This document shows positions 1 to 8,203 of a stretch of 19,212 bases of DNA, one piece after another (within the stretch, counting starts at the first letter, position 1; every line of letters starts with the position of its first letter). Source of the DNA: Bacteriovoracaceae bacterium (GTDB taxonomy: Bacteria > Bdellovibrionota > Bacteriovoracia > Bacteriovoracales > Bacteriovoracaceae). The stretch spans positions 1-19,212 of the forward strand of contig JBMYPC010000056.1 in the NCBI GenBank assembly GCA_049599895.1. The letters run 5' to 3'. Under the pieces are notes generated by a model. That model saw nothing but the letters and a program-made list of their open reading frames with translations, made no database searches and was not told where the DNA came from. The position numbers were made by a program, and so were the translations under genes.

Positions 1-1
1 C

Positions 2-508
2 TTATTACCATTGGCCTATAACTATTCTGATTCCATTTTCTTAGGATTTGAAGCCCGAGGAAAAAAAGCAAACGCCGTTAATGAAATTGCTGAAAGAATT
101 GATTTAGAAAATGTGGCCTGTTTTCATAAAAGAATTGAGGAGGTCCTTATTGATCGATCCTGTCTTATGTCCTTTAAGGCCGTTGCTAAGATTAAAGATC
201 TCATCGACAAAGTTAATCTTGATGAAGATTCTGAAGTCGATCTTTTATTTTATAAAGGACCATCTGTTTATGAACAGGAGTCAGTGCCGAACACATATAA
301 GTCATTTAAATTAAAAGAAAAGATTGAGGTTAAGCTAGGGGAGAATACAAGAATTCTCTTTGTCTATTCTTCTAAAGTTCCACGTGGAACCGGCGCGCGG
401 CGAAAGTTCCCAGGGGGAAGTTTTGAAGCGTCCGGCGGAAAAAAACAAAGAGACCTTATCAAGAAAAAGAAAAATCTTGTCAAACTAAGCCAAATTCTTC
501 ACACTTAA
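2..508 (+). CDS. rsmG: 16S rRNA (guanine527-N7) methyltransferase RsmG/GidB, 5'-truncated by the window edge
   Basis: The frame is open from base 2 (LLPLAYNY..FLGFEARGKKANAVNEIA..LENV..HKRIEE..FKAVA..FYKG), matching the RsmG segments that follow the GGGFP SAM motif. It lies directly upstream of parA-parB, the usual gidB position. The TTG at 11 is internal, not the real start. Confidence 0.85.
   Translation, partial: LLPLAYNYSDSIFLGFEARGKKANAVNEIAERIDLENVACFHKRIEEVLIDRSCLMSFKAVAKIKDLIDKVNLDEDSEVDLLFYKGPSVYEQESVPNTYKSFKLKEKIEVKLGENTRILFVYSSKVPRGTGARRKFPGGSFEASGGKKQRDLIKKKKNLVKLSQILHT
377..390. promoter_or_regulatory. parS centromere-like site (ParB loading site)
   Basis: Perfect 14-bp palindrome GTTCCACGTGGAAC, the core of the parS consensus TGTT(T/C)CACGTG(A/G)AACA; only the two outermost bases differ. 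It is about 160 bp upstream of parA. Confidence 0.85.
390..435. repeat. GC-rich imperfect inverted repeat/hairpin abutting parS inside rsmG
   Basis: CCGG(390-393)/CCGG(432-435), CGC(394-396)/GCG(428-430), CGAAAGTTCCC(401-411)/GGGAAGTTTTG(415-425), loop AGG. Confidence 0.5.
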
Positions 509-527
509 GCCCAGAGAAAACTAGAAT
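498..527 (+). promoter_or_regulatory. Putative sigma70-type promoter for parAB
   Basis: TTCACA(498-503)-N18-TAGAAT(522-527), each 5/6 to consensus, followed by an AGGGGG SD-like run before the ATG at 552. Confidence 0.45.
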
Positions 528-551
528 TCCTAATTCAGGGGGCACACCTAA

Positions 552-1397
552 ATGGCTAAAATCATTGCACTAATGAATCAAAAGGGTGGAGTAGGGAAAA
601 CGACTACTTCAGTTAATCTTGCAGCGTGTCTAGCGGCAGCGGAAAAAAGAGTACTCATAATTGACTTAGATCCTCAGGGAAATGGCTCAATTAGCGTTGG
701 GCTCGATAAAGAGAAGTTTGAAGATAAAAATATTTATCATGCTCTTATAGGAGAGACTCCAGCAAAAGAATGTGTTCATCACACAGATCTTCCAAACTTC
801 GACATTATTCCATCAGAAAATAACCTTTCTGGTGCAGAGGTTGAACTTGTCAGTGTGATCTCCAGAGAAACAAAACTGAAAATGGCATTAGATCCGTTAA
901 GAGAGGATTACGATTATATCCTTATAGACTGTCCACCTTCACTTGGACTTTTAACTATCAATGCTCTTTGCTGTGCTGATAGTTATATTGTTCCGATGCA
1001 AACTGAGTATCTTGCAATGGAAGGTCTAGCACAACTTCTCAATACAGTTCGCCTTATTCGTGAATCACTAAATCCAAAACTTCATAATGATGGAATTCTT
1101 CTGACTATGTATGACGGACGTTCAAGCCTTCATAAGCAAGTTGCTGAAGAAATCAGAAATCATTTTGAGGATATTGTTTTTGAAACTGTGATTCCACGAA
1201 ATGTAAAACTTGCGGAATGTCCTAGTTTTGGAAAGCCCATCATTCTTTACGATATCGAATCAAAAGGGAGTGAGGCTTATCTTTCACTTGCTAAAGAACT
1301 TCTTATTCGTGAACGAGCAAAAACTCAAATTCAAGAACTCGAAAATGTGGACCTTCCACCAATTGATGGCCTTGAAGAAAATCAAACTCAACTTTAA
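552..1397 (+). CDS. parA: Chromosome partitioning ATPase ParA/Soj
   Basis: Deviant Walker A NQKGGVGKTT, A' IDLDPQGN, Walker B YILIDCPP and IPRNVKLAECPSFGKP; adjacent to parB. Confidence 0.97.
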   Translation: MAKIIALMNQKGGVGKTTTSVNLAACLAAAEKRVLIIDLDPQGNGSISVGLDKEKFEDKNIYHALIGETPAKECVHHTDLPNFDIIPSENNLSGAEVELVSVISRETKLKMALDPLREDYDYILIDCPPSLGLLTINALCCADSYIVPMQTEYLAMEGLAQLLNTVRLIRESLNPKLHNDGILLTMYDGRSSLHKQVAEEIRNHFEDIVFETVIPRNVKLAECPSFGKPIILYDIESKGSEAYLSLAKELLIRERAKTQIQELENVDLPPIDGLEENQTQL

Positions 1398-1420
1398 TTA
1401 AACTTTGTGAGGGAATAATC

Positions 1421-2341
1421 ATGGGAAAAAGAAAAGTCGCATTAGGAAAAGGTATCGCGAGTTTAATTAAAGAAACTCCACAAGAAATTTTAAAAAAGAA
1501 CTTAAATGATATTGAAGCTGCTGAGAAAAAAGTCGCAGCAAAGGCTGAGATCACTGAGGGAACTCCTTTCATGGTTGATGTAAATGAAATTCAACCTAAT
1601 CCAAAGCAGCCAAGAAAAATCTTTAAAAGCCAAGATCTTCAAGAGCTAAGCCTCTCTATTAAAGAAAACGGAATTCTTCAGCCAATCGTTATTTCGAAAA
1701 ACTTAGAAGGCAAAGGTTTTTACCTTATTGCAGGTGAAAGAAGACTAAGAGCCGCTAAGATGGTTGGGCTTGAAAGAGTTCCGGCTTTTATTAAAAAGGT
1801 AACCGATAGAGAACAGTTAATCTTAGCAATTTTAGAAAACGTTCAAAGATCAGATCTCAACTGTGTTGAGGTGGCCTTAGGTTATTTTCAATTAATGAAT
1901 GAATTTAATCTTACTCAAGAAGAAGTGGCGAAGAAGCTTGGAAAAGAAAGATCAAGTATTGCTAACCATCTTCGTATTCTTAAACTTCCTAAACAAGTTA
2001 TCGATCTTGTAAAAAATGAAGAGTTAAGTTTTGGTCACGCAAAGCTTCTTGCTGGTATTAAAGAATCTGAAAAAGCGGTTCGTTTAGCAACTCAAGCGGT
2101 TGACGAATCAATGTCGGTTCGTGAACTAGAGAACCTAATCAAAAAGTCTAACGTAAAGCCAAAAACAGAAGCTGGTAATAATCGCGATGAGCGGTTAGAA
2201 TCTTTAAAGCAGAATCTTGAAAATAAAACTGGTTTTCATTTCAATTTAAAGCGCAATAATAAAGGTGCTGGAGAAATTAAAATCAAATTTACAAATGATG
2301 CTGAGTTTAATGACATCTACGAGTATTTAACGAGAAGATAA
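1421..2341 (+). CDS. parB: Chromosome partitioning CTPase ParB/Spo0J
   Basis: N-terminal ParA-binding peptide KRKVALGKGIASLI, PNPKQPRK, GILQP, arginine patch AGERRLRA, ENVQRSDL and HTH TQEEVAKKLGKERSSIANHLRIL. Confidence 0.97.
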   Translation: MGKRKVALGKGIASLIKETPQEILKKNLNDIEAAEKKVAAKAEITEGTPFMVDVNEIQPNPKQPRKIFKSQDLQELSLSIKENGILQPIVISKNLEGKGFYLIAGERRLRAAKMVGLERVPAFIKKVTDREQLILAILENVQRSDLNCVEVALGYFQLMNEFNLTQEEVAKKLGKERSSIANHLRILKLPKQVIDLVKNEELSFGHAKLLAGIKESEKAVRLATQAVDESMSVRELENLIKKSNVKPKTEAGNNRDERLESLKQNLENKTGFHFNLKRNNKGAGEIKIKFTNDAEFNDIYEYLTRR

Positions 2342-2347
2342 AAACGA

Positions 2348-2701
2348 ATGCAGTGGAAAGAACAACAAGACATAGCAGCGGTTATCGAGCAAGGTTGTAA
2401 GTTCGAGGGGAATCTCTCGTTTAATGGCGTCGCGCGAATTGCTGGGATCGTTAATGGCAGTATTTTCTCAAATGATACGGTAATCATTTCAGAAGGTGCT
2501 GTCATTAACGCTGATATAAATGCCAATGTCATTTTAATTTCTGGAACTGTTAAAGGAAACATTAAAGCAAGTTCAAAGGTTGAGATCGTTAAACCTGCTC
2601 GCTTTGAAGGAACCATCACAACACCAAGTCTTATTGTTGAGGAAGGGGTAATCTTCCACGGAACAACTAAGATGAGTGAGAAAAATACCTATTTAAGTTA
2701 G
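2348..2701 (+). CDS. Bactofilin (polymer-forming cytoskeletal protein, CcmA/DUF583 family)
   Basis: 117 aa of right-handed beta-helix repeats: VIEQGCKFEGNL..RIAGIVNGSI..IISEGAVINADI..ISGTVKGNI..ARFEGTI..IVEEGVIFHG. Confidence 0.92.
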   Translation: MQWKEQQDIAAVIEQGCKFEGNLSFNGVARIAGIVNGSIFSNDTVIISEGAVINADINANVILISGTVKGNIKASSKVEIVKPARFEGTITTPSLIVEEGVIFHGTTKMSEKNTYLS

Positions 2702-2724
2702 CCAACGAAATTTCTGGAGAAAAT

Positions 2725-3306
2725 ATGAATCGAGTAATCTTATTAAGTTTAGGATTTATGCTAATGCTTTCAAGTTGTGGTTGGAGATCAATTCCGACAG
2801 CAAAAAACGAAGTTGAAGCAAAATGGGCTGAAGTTGTTAACCAGTATAAAAGAAGGGCGGATTTAATTCCTAACCTTGTGAATGTTGTTAAGGGTTATGC
2901 TTCTCATGAAAAAGAAACTTTAACAGCTGTTGTAGAGGCGAGGGCCAAAGCAACAAAGACGAATATTAATGTAGATGATCTTAATCCAGCGACAATGCAA
3001 AAGTTTCAAAAAGCTCAAGGAGCGCTAACATCGGCTCTTTCAAAGTTAATGGTAGTTGTGGAAAGATATCCAGATCTTAAGGCGAATCAAAATTTTCTTG
3101 CACTTCAAAGTCAGCTCGAAGGCACTGAAAATCGAATTACAGTTGCTCGAAATCGCTATATTGAAACAATTAAGCAATTCAATAATCTTGTTACTGTTCC
3201 ACCTCAATCGTGGACAAATTCTATTCTTTATCAGTTTGAGAAAAAGCCGCAGTTTACTGTTGAGAATGAAAAAGACATTCAAGACGCACCTGAAGTTAAA
3301 CTTTAA
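2725..3306 (+). CDS. lemA: LemA family protein with predicted lipoprotein signal
   Basis: QYKRRADLIPNLVNVVKGYASHEKETL, VVERYPDLKANQNF and LEGTENRITVARNRY; lipobox LSSC (Cys18); SD GGAG upstream. Confidence 0.95.
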   Translation: MNRVILLSLGFMLMLSSCGWRSIPTAKNEVEAKWAEVVNQYKRRADLIPNLVNVVKGYASHEKETLTAVVEARAKATKTNINVDDLNPATMQKFQKAQGALTSALSKLMVVVERYPDLKANQNFLALQSQLEGTENRITVARNRYIETIKQFNNLVTVPPQSWTNSILYQFEKKPQFTVENEKDIQDAPEVKL

Positions 3307-4010
3307 TGAAACTTATACTCAGCTTATTCTTTTTTATAAGTTCAGCTTTTGCCCTTGAGGTTCCAAGATTAAGTGGTCCTGTGATTGATAAGGCTGGAAT
3401 TATAAGTGGTTCAACTGAAAGAAGAATTGAAGCCATTATTCGTGACCTTTATCAAAATGGAAATGGGCCACAAGTTCAAGTTCTTACAATACCAAGTCTT
3501 AAGGGCGAAGTTCTTGAAAATTACAGTATTAAGGTCGTTGATAAGTGGAAGCTAGGTGATGAAGTCAGAGATGATGGCGTTCTTTTTCTTGTGGCACTGA
3601 ATGACAGAAAAATGCGAATCGAAGTTGGCCAGGGCCTTGAAGGTTCACTAACAGATTATATGTCGTTCAAAATTATTGATTCCATTAAGCCTCACTTTCG
3701 ATCAGGAAAGTATTCTAACGGAATTTACAAGGCTGTAACTCAAATTGCTGCCATTGCGAGCGGAGACCAAGAAGCTGCACAAAAATTAAAGAGCACGGCT
3801 CGCAGTAAGCATTATGAAAACATTGTGATTTTTATAATGATTCTCTTTTTTATACTCGTGAGGATTTATCTTGCGAGATTTGGTCGTCATATACGTGGCG
3901 GCTATTCCTCTGGTGGATTTTACAGTGGCGGAGGTTGGTCATCAGGTGGTGGTGGCTGGTCCGGAGGCGGCGGCGGATTTTCCGGTGGCGGTTCAAGTGG
4001 AAGTTGGTAA
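3306..4010 (+). CDS. TPM domain protein (YgcG-like) with signal peptide, one TM helix and Gly-rich tail
   Basis: Signal peptide ending SAFA, VIDKAGII, WKLGDEVRDDGVLFLVALNDRKMRIEVGQGLEGSLTD, TM IVIFIMILFFILVRIYL and tail GGGGGFSGGGSSGSW. TAATG overlap with lemA. Confidence 0.92.
   Translation: MKLILSLFFFISSAFALEVPRLSGPVIDKAGIISGSTERRIEAIIRDLYQNGNGPQVQVLTIPSLKGEVLENYSIKVVDKWKLGDEVRDDGVLFLVALNDRKMRIEVGQGLEGSLTDYMSFKIIDSIKPHFRSGKYSNGIYKAVTQIAAIASGDQEAAQKLKSTARSKHYENIVIFIMILFFILVRIYLARFGRHIRGGYSSGGFYSGGGWSSGGGGWSGGGGGFSGGGSSGSW
3895..4007 (+). repeat. Low-complexity GGN-rich tract encoding the Gly/Ser tail of the TPM protein
   Basis: Runs of GGT/GGC/GGA codons (GGYSSGGFYSGGGWSSGGGGWSGGGGGFSGGGSSGSW), typical of this family. 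Confidence 0.7.
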
Positions 4011-4627
4011 TGATGAAACTTAATTCTGAAGATAAAAAGAAAATTTCTGAAACAATAAAAAACGTTGAAATTAAGACAAGTGGTGAGATTGTTTCTGCAA
4101 TTGTTTCAAAGAGTGATCTTTACCGAGAGTCACAATTTGCCACATCAATTTGTTTCACACTTCTTGTATTGGCTATTCTTTTATTTAAATTTGAGTATGA
4201 ATCCCATGAAACATTTTTGCTTATTTTTCTTACTACGATTATTGGTTTCTTTGCAGGAAGTTTAAATATTTTCAAAAGACTTTTTCTTAATAAATCGGTA
4301 ATGGCAGAAGAGGTCCATCAAAAAGCTGTGCAGCTATTTTTTTCTAATAATCTTCATCATACAGAGCAAAGAATAGGTGTTTTAATTATGATTTCATTGC
4401 TTGAAAAAAGAGTTGAAATACTTGGTGATAAAGGAATTAATGAGAAGGTTGATCAAAACTTTTGGGATCAAATTACTCAAAAGATGGTGAAATCAATAAA
4501 ATCTGGAAATGTCACTCAGGCCATGAATGAAGCGATTCTAGAATGTGGTGTTGTCTTAGAAAAAGAATTTCCAGCAAGTGGAAAAAATCCAAATGAACTT
4601 CCAGATCGTCTGATTACTGATCTCTAA
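4010..4627 (+). CDS. TPM domain membrane protein (second TPM gene of the lemA cluster)
   Basis: EIKTSGEIV, two TM helices, then FFSNNLHHTEQRIGVLIMISLLEKRVEILGDKGI and NPNELPD. The real start is most likely ATG 4010 (TAATG overlap) or 4013. The ORF-track extension from 3935 is an alternative-frame reading of the Gly tract. Confidence 0.9.
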   Translation: MMKLNSEDKKKISETIKNVEIKTSGEIVSAIVSKSDLYRESQFATSICFTLLVLAILLFKFEYESHETFLLIFLTTIIGFFAGSLNIFKRLFLNKSVMAEEVHQKAVQLFFSNNLHHTEQRIGVLIMISLLEKRVEILGDKGINEKVDQNFWDQITQKMVKSIKSGNVTQAMNEAILECGVVLEKEFPASGKNPNELPDRLITDL

Positions 4628-4718
4628 AAGATCTCATTCTAGCCTTTCAAGGGCTCGAAATTATTAGTGCCTAAGCAGTGGTATTCAAGTCTGACTAAAC
4701 CTTTTGGCATTTTCCCCG

Positions 4719-4742
4719 AACAGGACTTCATGAAGTCCTGTT
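4719..4742. terminator. 24-bp perfect palindrome; possible terminator of the par/lemA/TPM transcript or a protein-binding site
   Basis: AACAGGACTTCATGAAGTCCTGTT is self-complementary and is followed by the T-rich ATAAATTTCTTTT. It is 91 bp downstream of the TPM stop. Confidence 0.5.
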
Positions 4743-5022
4743 ATAAATTTCTTTTACCATTTTTCGTTTTAATCGTTTCATTCGCATACTCTAATAATGT
4801 TCTCAATGGAATCGGCTATGACAATGAGAACGATCTTTAATTATGTGACGGAAAAGAATTGGCCTTATATTTTAAGGTTCGACTTAAAGAGTCACTTAAA
4901 TAATACCTTTGATGCTCTGCGGTTTTGGTAAGAAATAACGCGTATGAGCATTTCTTTCTTCAGTCTAGCTCGATGAATGAGAATTACTTAGGGAGCGCGA
5001 TGCGTTTTTGGTTAGATTCAGC

Positions 5023-5051
5023 TTGACTGTTTCACCCCCTAAGTCTAGAAA
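5023..5051 (+). promoter_or_regulatory. Putative sigma70-type promoter of the atp operon
   Basis: TTGACT(5023-5028)-N17-TAGAAA(5046-5051); SD GAGG(5084-5087) 8 nt before ATG 5096. Confidence 0.4.
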
Positions 5052-5095
5052 TATGAAGCTATTCCTTTAAAAATTAAGCGATTGAGGCACATGAG

Positions 5096-5530
5096 ATGGG
5101 TGGACTTTTAGATCAGTTAGGCATCGGTGAAGCTGCGATTTATCAATTTGTAGTATTCGTAGTTTTCTATTTTTTAATATCAAGACTTCTTTTTAATAAA
5201 GTTTTATTTGTTTTAAAAACTCGTGAAGATAAGACAACAAAGCTCGAAGGCACAGCTAACGATACTTTTGAAAGAGCTGAAAAATTATCACAAGAGTACA
5301 AAGAAAAAATTGATGTTGCTTATTCAGAAGCTCAAGAAGAGTTCAATGTTGAAAGAGAGAAGTTTCAAGTTGAACAAAAATCACAAATTAAAGAAGAAGA
5401 GAAAAAACTTGAAGAGATGGTGAAAAAAGAAAATGAAGTTTTCGAAGGAACCATTAAAGAAAGTAAAGATAAAGTCATGGGTGAAGCTGGTGGCTTAGCT
5501 CAAACTCTTGTTGAAAAATTAGTAAGATAA
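5096..5530 (+). CDS. atpF: F0F1 ATP synthase peripheral stalk subunit b'
   Basis: N-terminal TM (YQFVVFVVFYFLISRLLFNKVL..LKTRE) followed by a charged coiled coil; first of two b-like genes before delta. Confidence 0.85.
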   Translation: MGGLLDQLGIGEAAIYQFVVFVVFYFLISRLLFNKVLFVLKTREDKTTKLEGTANDTFERAEKLSQEYKEKIDVAYSEAQEEFNVEREKFQVEQKSQIKEEEKKLEEMVKKENEVFEGTIKESKDKVMGEAGGLAQTLVEKLVR

Positions 5531-5550
5531 AAATTTAAGGTATCATTATA

Positions 5551-6078
5551 ATGAGAAAACTATTTTTTGTTTTATTTCTCCTCCCAGTAACTGCACTTGC
5601 TGCCGGTGGTAGTGGATCGCCAATTGATCTTCTTTTCCCAGCAATTAATGCTCTTCTCTTTTTTGGATTTCTTGGTTGGAAATTAAAAGGACCTCTTAAG
5701 AATCACTTTGAAACTCAAGCAAAAGAGATAGAAGACTTCACAAGTCTTGCTGAGAAGAAAAATAAAGAAGCTCAAATTAAGTTCGAAATGTTCCAAGAGA
5801 AAGTTTCAAACCTTAATAAAGAAGTTGGTGAAATTAAGAGTAATAATCTAAAAGATATCATGAAGCTTAAAGAGACAATCAATTCTGAAACAGAAGATAC
5901 AATTGCTCGTTTAAGAAGAGATGCTCAAAACAAAATTGAATCTGAAAAAAATGAAATGCTTAGAGGTCTTTACAGCGAACTTGTTGAAGAGGTCGTTGTG
6001 AAAGCGAAAAGCGATATTTCATCTGATTCTGGTAAAAAAGATAAAGCAGTCGGCAACTTAATTTCTAAGTTGCAGTAG
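5551..6078 (+). CDS. atpF: F0F1 ATP synthase subunit b with signal-peptide-like N-terminal extension
   Basis: MRKLFFVLFLLPVTALA extension, TM AINALLFFGFLGWKLKGPL and a long coiled coil; directly upstream of delta. Confidence 0.88.
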   Translation: MRKLFFVLFLLPVTALAAGGSGSPIDLLFPAINALLFFGFLGWKLKGPLKNHFETQAKEIEDFTSLAEKKNKEAQIKFEMFQEKVSNLNKEVGEIKSNNLKDIMKLKETINSETEDTIARLRRDAQNKIESEKNEMLRGLYSELVEEVVVKAKSDISSDSGKKDKAVGNLISKLQ

Positions 6079-6107
6079 ATAAAGATAAACGTTAAGGGTT
6101 TCAACTC

Positions 6108-6647
6108 ATGAAAGAAGCACAAATTTCACGTTCATACGCCAAGGCGATGATCGAGTTAGCCGAGAAAGATAACGTTGATGTTTACGGTGAGCTTTTAAAG
6201 GTTCACGAACTCATTAATGGATCTAACGAACTTGAAAACGTTCTTTTTCTAGAAGTTTTTACACTTGAAGAAAAAGAAGCGGTTCTTAAAGACGTTCTTT
6301 CAAAGCTAGGATCAAATAAACTTGTGACCAACTTTTTACTCTTTTTATTAAGTGAAAAAAGAATTGGTCTCTTTCCTCAGATCTTTAAAGAGATCGTTGT
6401 TCTTGATGACCATAAAAAAGGTTTTTTAAGAGGAACGATTGAAGGAAGTGATAAAGAAATTGCAGCTGATACTCAAGCTAAACTTAAGTCATATATTGCA
6501 GGCAAGTTAGGAACTGAGCCTGAATTAACTTATGTTCAGTCTGATAAAATTTCAGCGGGGTATAGGGTGACTGTTGAGGATCTTCAATTAGATGCCACAA
6601 TTGATCATCAATTAAACGAACTTAAAGGAACTATTTTAAATAGCTAA
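6108..6647 (+). CDS. atpH: ATP synthase F1 subunit delta
   Basis: ISRSYAKAM, NFLLFLLSEKR and ISAGYRVTVEDLQLDATI..QLNEL; 179 aa, upstream of alpha. Confidence 0.95.
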   Translation: MKEAQISRSYAKAMIELAEKDNVDVYGELLKVHELINGSNELENVLFLEVFTLEEKEAVLKDVLSKLGSNKLVTNFLLFLLSEKRIGLFPQIFKEIVVLDDHKKGFLRGTIEGSDKEIAADTQAKLKSYIAGKLGTEPELTYVQSDKISAGYRVTVEDLQLDATIDHQLNELKGTILNS

Positions 6648-6660
6648 AAGAGGTTAAATC

Positions 6661-8169
6661 ATGTCAATGAATCCAGAAGAAATTACGTCGATTATTAAGG
6701 ATAGGATTTCAAACTTTGAAGCCAAGCTTCAGGTTGATGAAGTCGGAACAGTTTTAACAATTGGTGACGGTGTTGCACGTGTTTTTGGTTTAAAAAACGT
6801 TATGGCCGGGGAACTAGTTGAATTTGAAACTGGTACTAAGGGAATGGTTCTTAACCTTGAAACGAATAACGTTGGTGTTGCTATTCTTGGTGATGATAAT
6901 GCTATTAAAGAAGGTTCATCAGTTAAAAGAACATCTAAGATTGTTGAAGTTCCTGTGGGTGATGCTCTTCTTGGACGTGTTGTTAACGCAATCGGTGAGC
7001 CGATTGATGGTAACGGTGAAATTAAAACTGATGAGTACAGACGAGTTGAAATTAAAGCTCCTGGGATTCTTGCTCGTAAATCAGTTCACGAGCCACTTCA
7101 AACTGGAATTAAAGCGATCGATTCAATGATTCCAATTGGAAGAGGACAACGAGAGCTTATTATTGGTGATAGAAAGACAGGGAAAACTGCTGTTGCTATC
7201 GATACGATCATCAACCAAAAAGGGAAAGATGTTGTTTGTATCTACGTTGCTGTTGGACAGAAAAAGTCTACAGTAAGACAGGTTCAGCAAAAACTAAAAG
7301 AGCACGGTGCCCTTGATTATACAATTATTGTATCGGCGACTGCTTCTGATACAGCACCACTTCAATTCTTAGCCCCTTACACTGGTTGTACAATGGGTGA
7401 GCTTTACAGAGATAGTGGAAAGCACGCTCTTATCATTTATGATGATTTAACAAAACAAGCTGCTGCTTATAGACAGATGTCACTTCTTCTTAGACGTCCT
7501 CCTGGACGCGAGGCCTTTCCTGGAGACGTTTTCTATCTACACTCGAGACTTCTTGAAAGAGCGGCGAAACTCTCTGATGAGCTTGGTGCTGGTTCACTGA
7601 CAGCTCTTCCAGTCATTGAAACTCAAGAAGGTGACGTTTCGGCATATATTCCAACAAACGTTATTTCGATTACAGATGGTCAGATTTTTCTTGAATCAGA
7701 TCTTTTCAACTCTGGTATCCGACCTGCGGTTAACGTTGGTGTTTCGGTATCACGGGTTGGTGGTTCTGCTCAGGTTAAATCAATGAAAAAAGTTGCAGGT
7801 ACATTAAGACTTGATCTTGCTCAGTATAGAGAGCTTCAAGCTTTCGCGGCTTTTGCTTCTGATCTTGATGCCCAAACAAGAAAGCAGCTTTCACGAGGTG
7901 AGAGACTTGTTGAGCTTCTTAAGCAAGCTCAATACGCTCCGTTTGAAGTGACTGATCAGGTTGTTTCAATCTATGCAGCGACTAACGGATACTTTGATGA
8001 TGTACCAGTTAATAAAGTTGGTGAAATCGAAAAAGAACTTCTTGAAACAGTTAAAGCTCGTCATGGTGAACTTTATAAAAGAATTGATGAGACGAAAAAA
8101 GTTGAAGGTGATGACAAGTCTAATCTTGAGAACATCATCAAAGAATTTGTTGCTTCAAAGAAATTCTAA
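6661..8169 (+). CDS. atpA: ATP synthase F1 subunit alpha
   Basis: [19 protein letters not shown] (Walker A), [23 protein letters not shown] and [14 protein letters not shown]. Confidence 0.99.
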   Translation: MSMNPEEITSIIKDRISNFEAKLQVDEVGTVLTIGDGVARVFGLKNVMAGELVEFETGTKGMVLNLETNNVGVAILGDDNAIKEGSSVKRTSKIVEVPVGDALLGRVVNAIGEPIDGNGEIKTDEYRRVEIKAPGILARKSVHEPLQTGIKAIDSMIPIGRGQRELIIGDRKTGKTAVAIDTIINQKGKDVVCIYVAVGQKKSTVRQVQQKLKEHGALDYTIIVSATASDTAPLQFLAPYTGCTMGELYRDSGKHALIIYDDLTKQAAAYRQMSLLLRRPPGREAFPGDVFYLHSRLLERAAKLSDELGAGSLTALPVIETQEGDVSAYIPTNVISITDGQIFLESDLFNSGIRPAVNVGVSVSRVGGSAQVKSMKKVAGTLRLDLAQYRELQAFAAFASDLDAQTRKQLSRGERLVELLKQAQYAPFEVTDQVVSIYAATNGYFDDVPVNKVGEIEKELLETVKARHGELYKRIDETKKVEGDDKSNLENIIKEFVASKKF

Positions 8170-8203
8170 GGCGTAGTTAATAATTTTTTAAAGGTCATAA
8201 ATA

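Noticed and set aside
3935..4009. N-terminal extension MVIRWWWLVRRRRRIFRWRFKWKLV of the 230-aa ORF, which looks like an antimicrobial or Tat-like peptide
   Set aside because: It is the alternative-frame reading of the Gly-codon tract of the upstream gene. The TAATG-coupled ATG at 4010 is the better start.
4632..4982. 8-bp inverted repeat TCTCATTC/GAATGAGA bracketing about 350 bp, a possible MITE
   Set aside because: Too short for AT-rich DNA, with no target-site duplication and no second copy in the window.
5028..5035. parS half-site TGTTTCAC (also at 4151-4158)
   Set aside because: The second half does not match, so it is not a palindromic ParB site.
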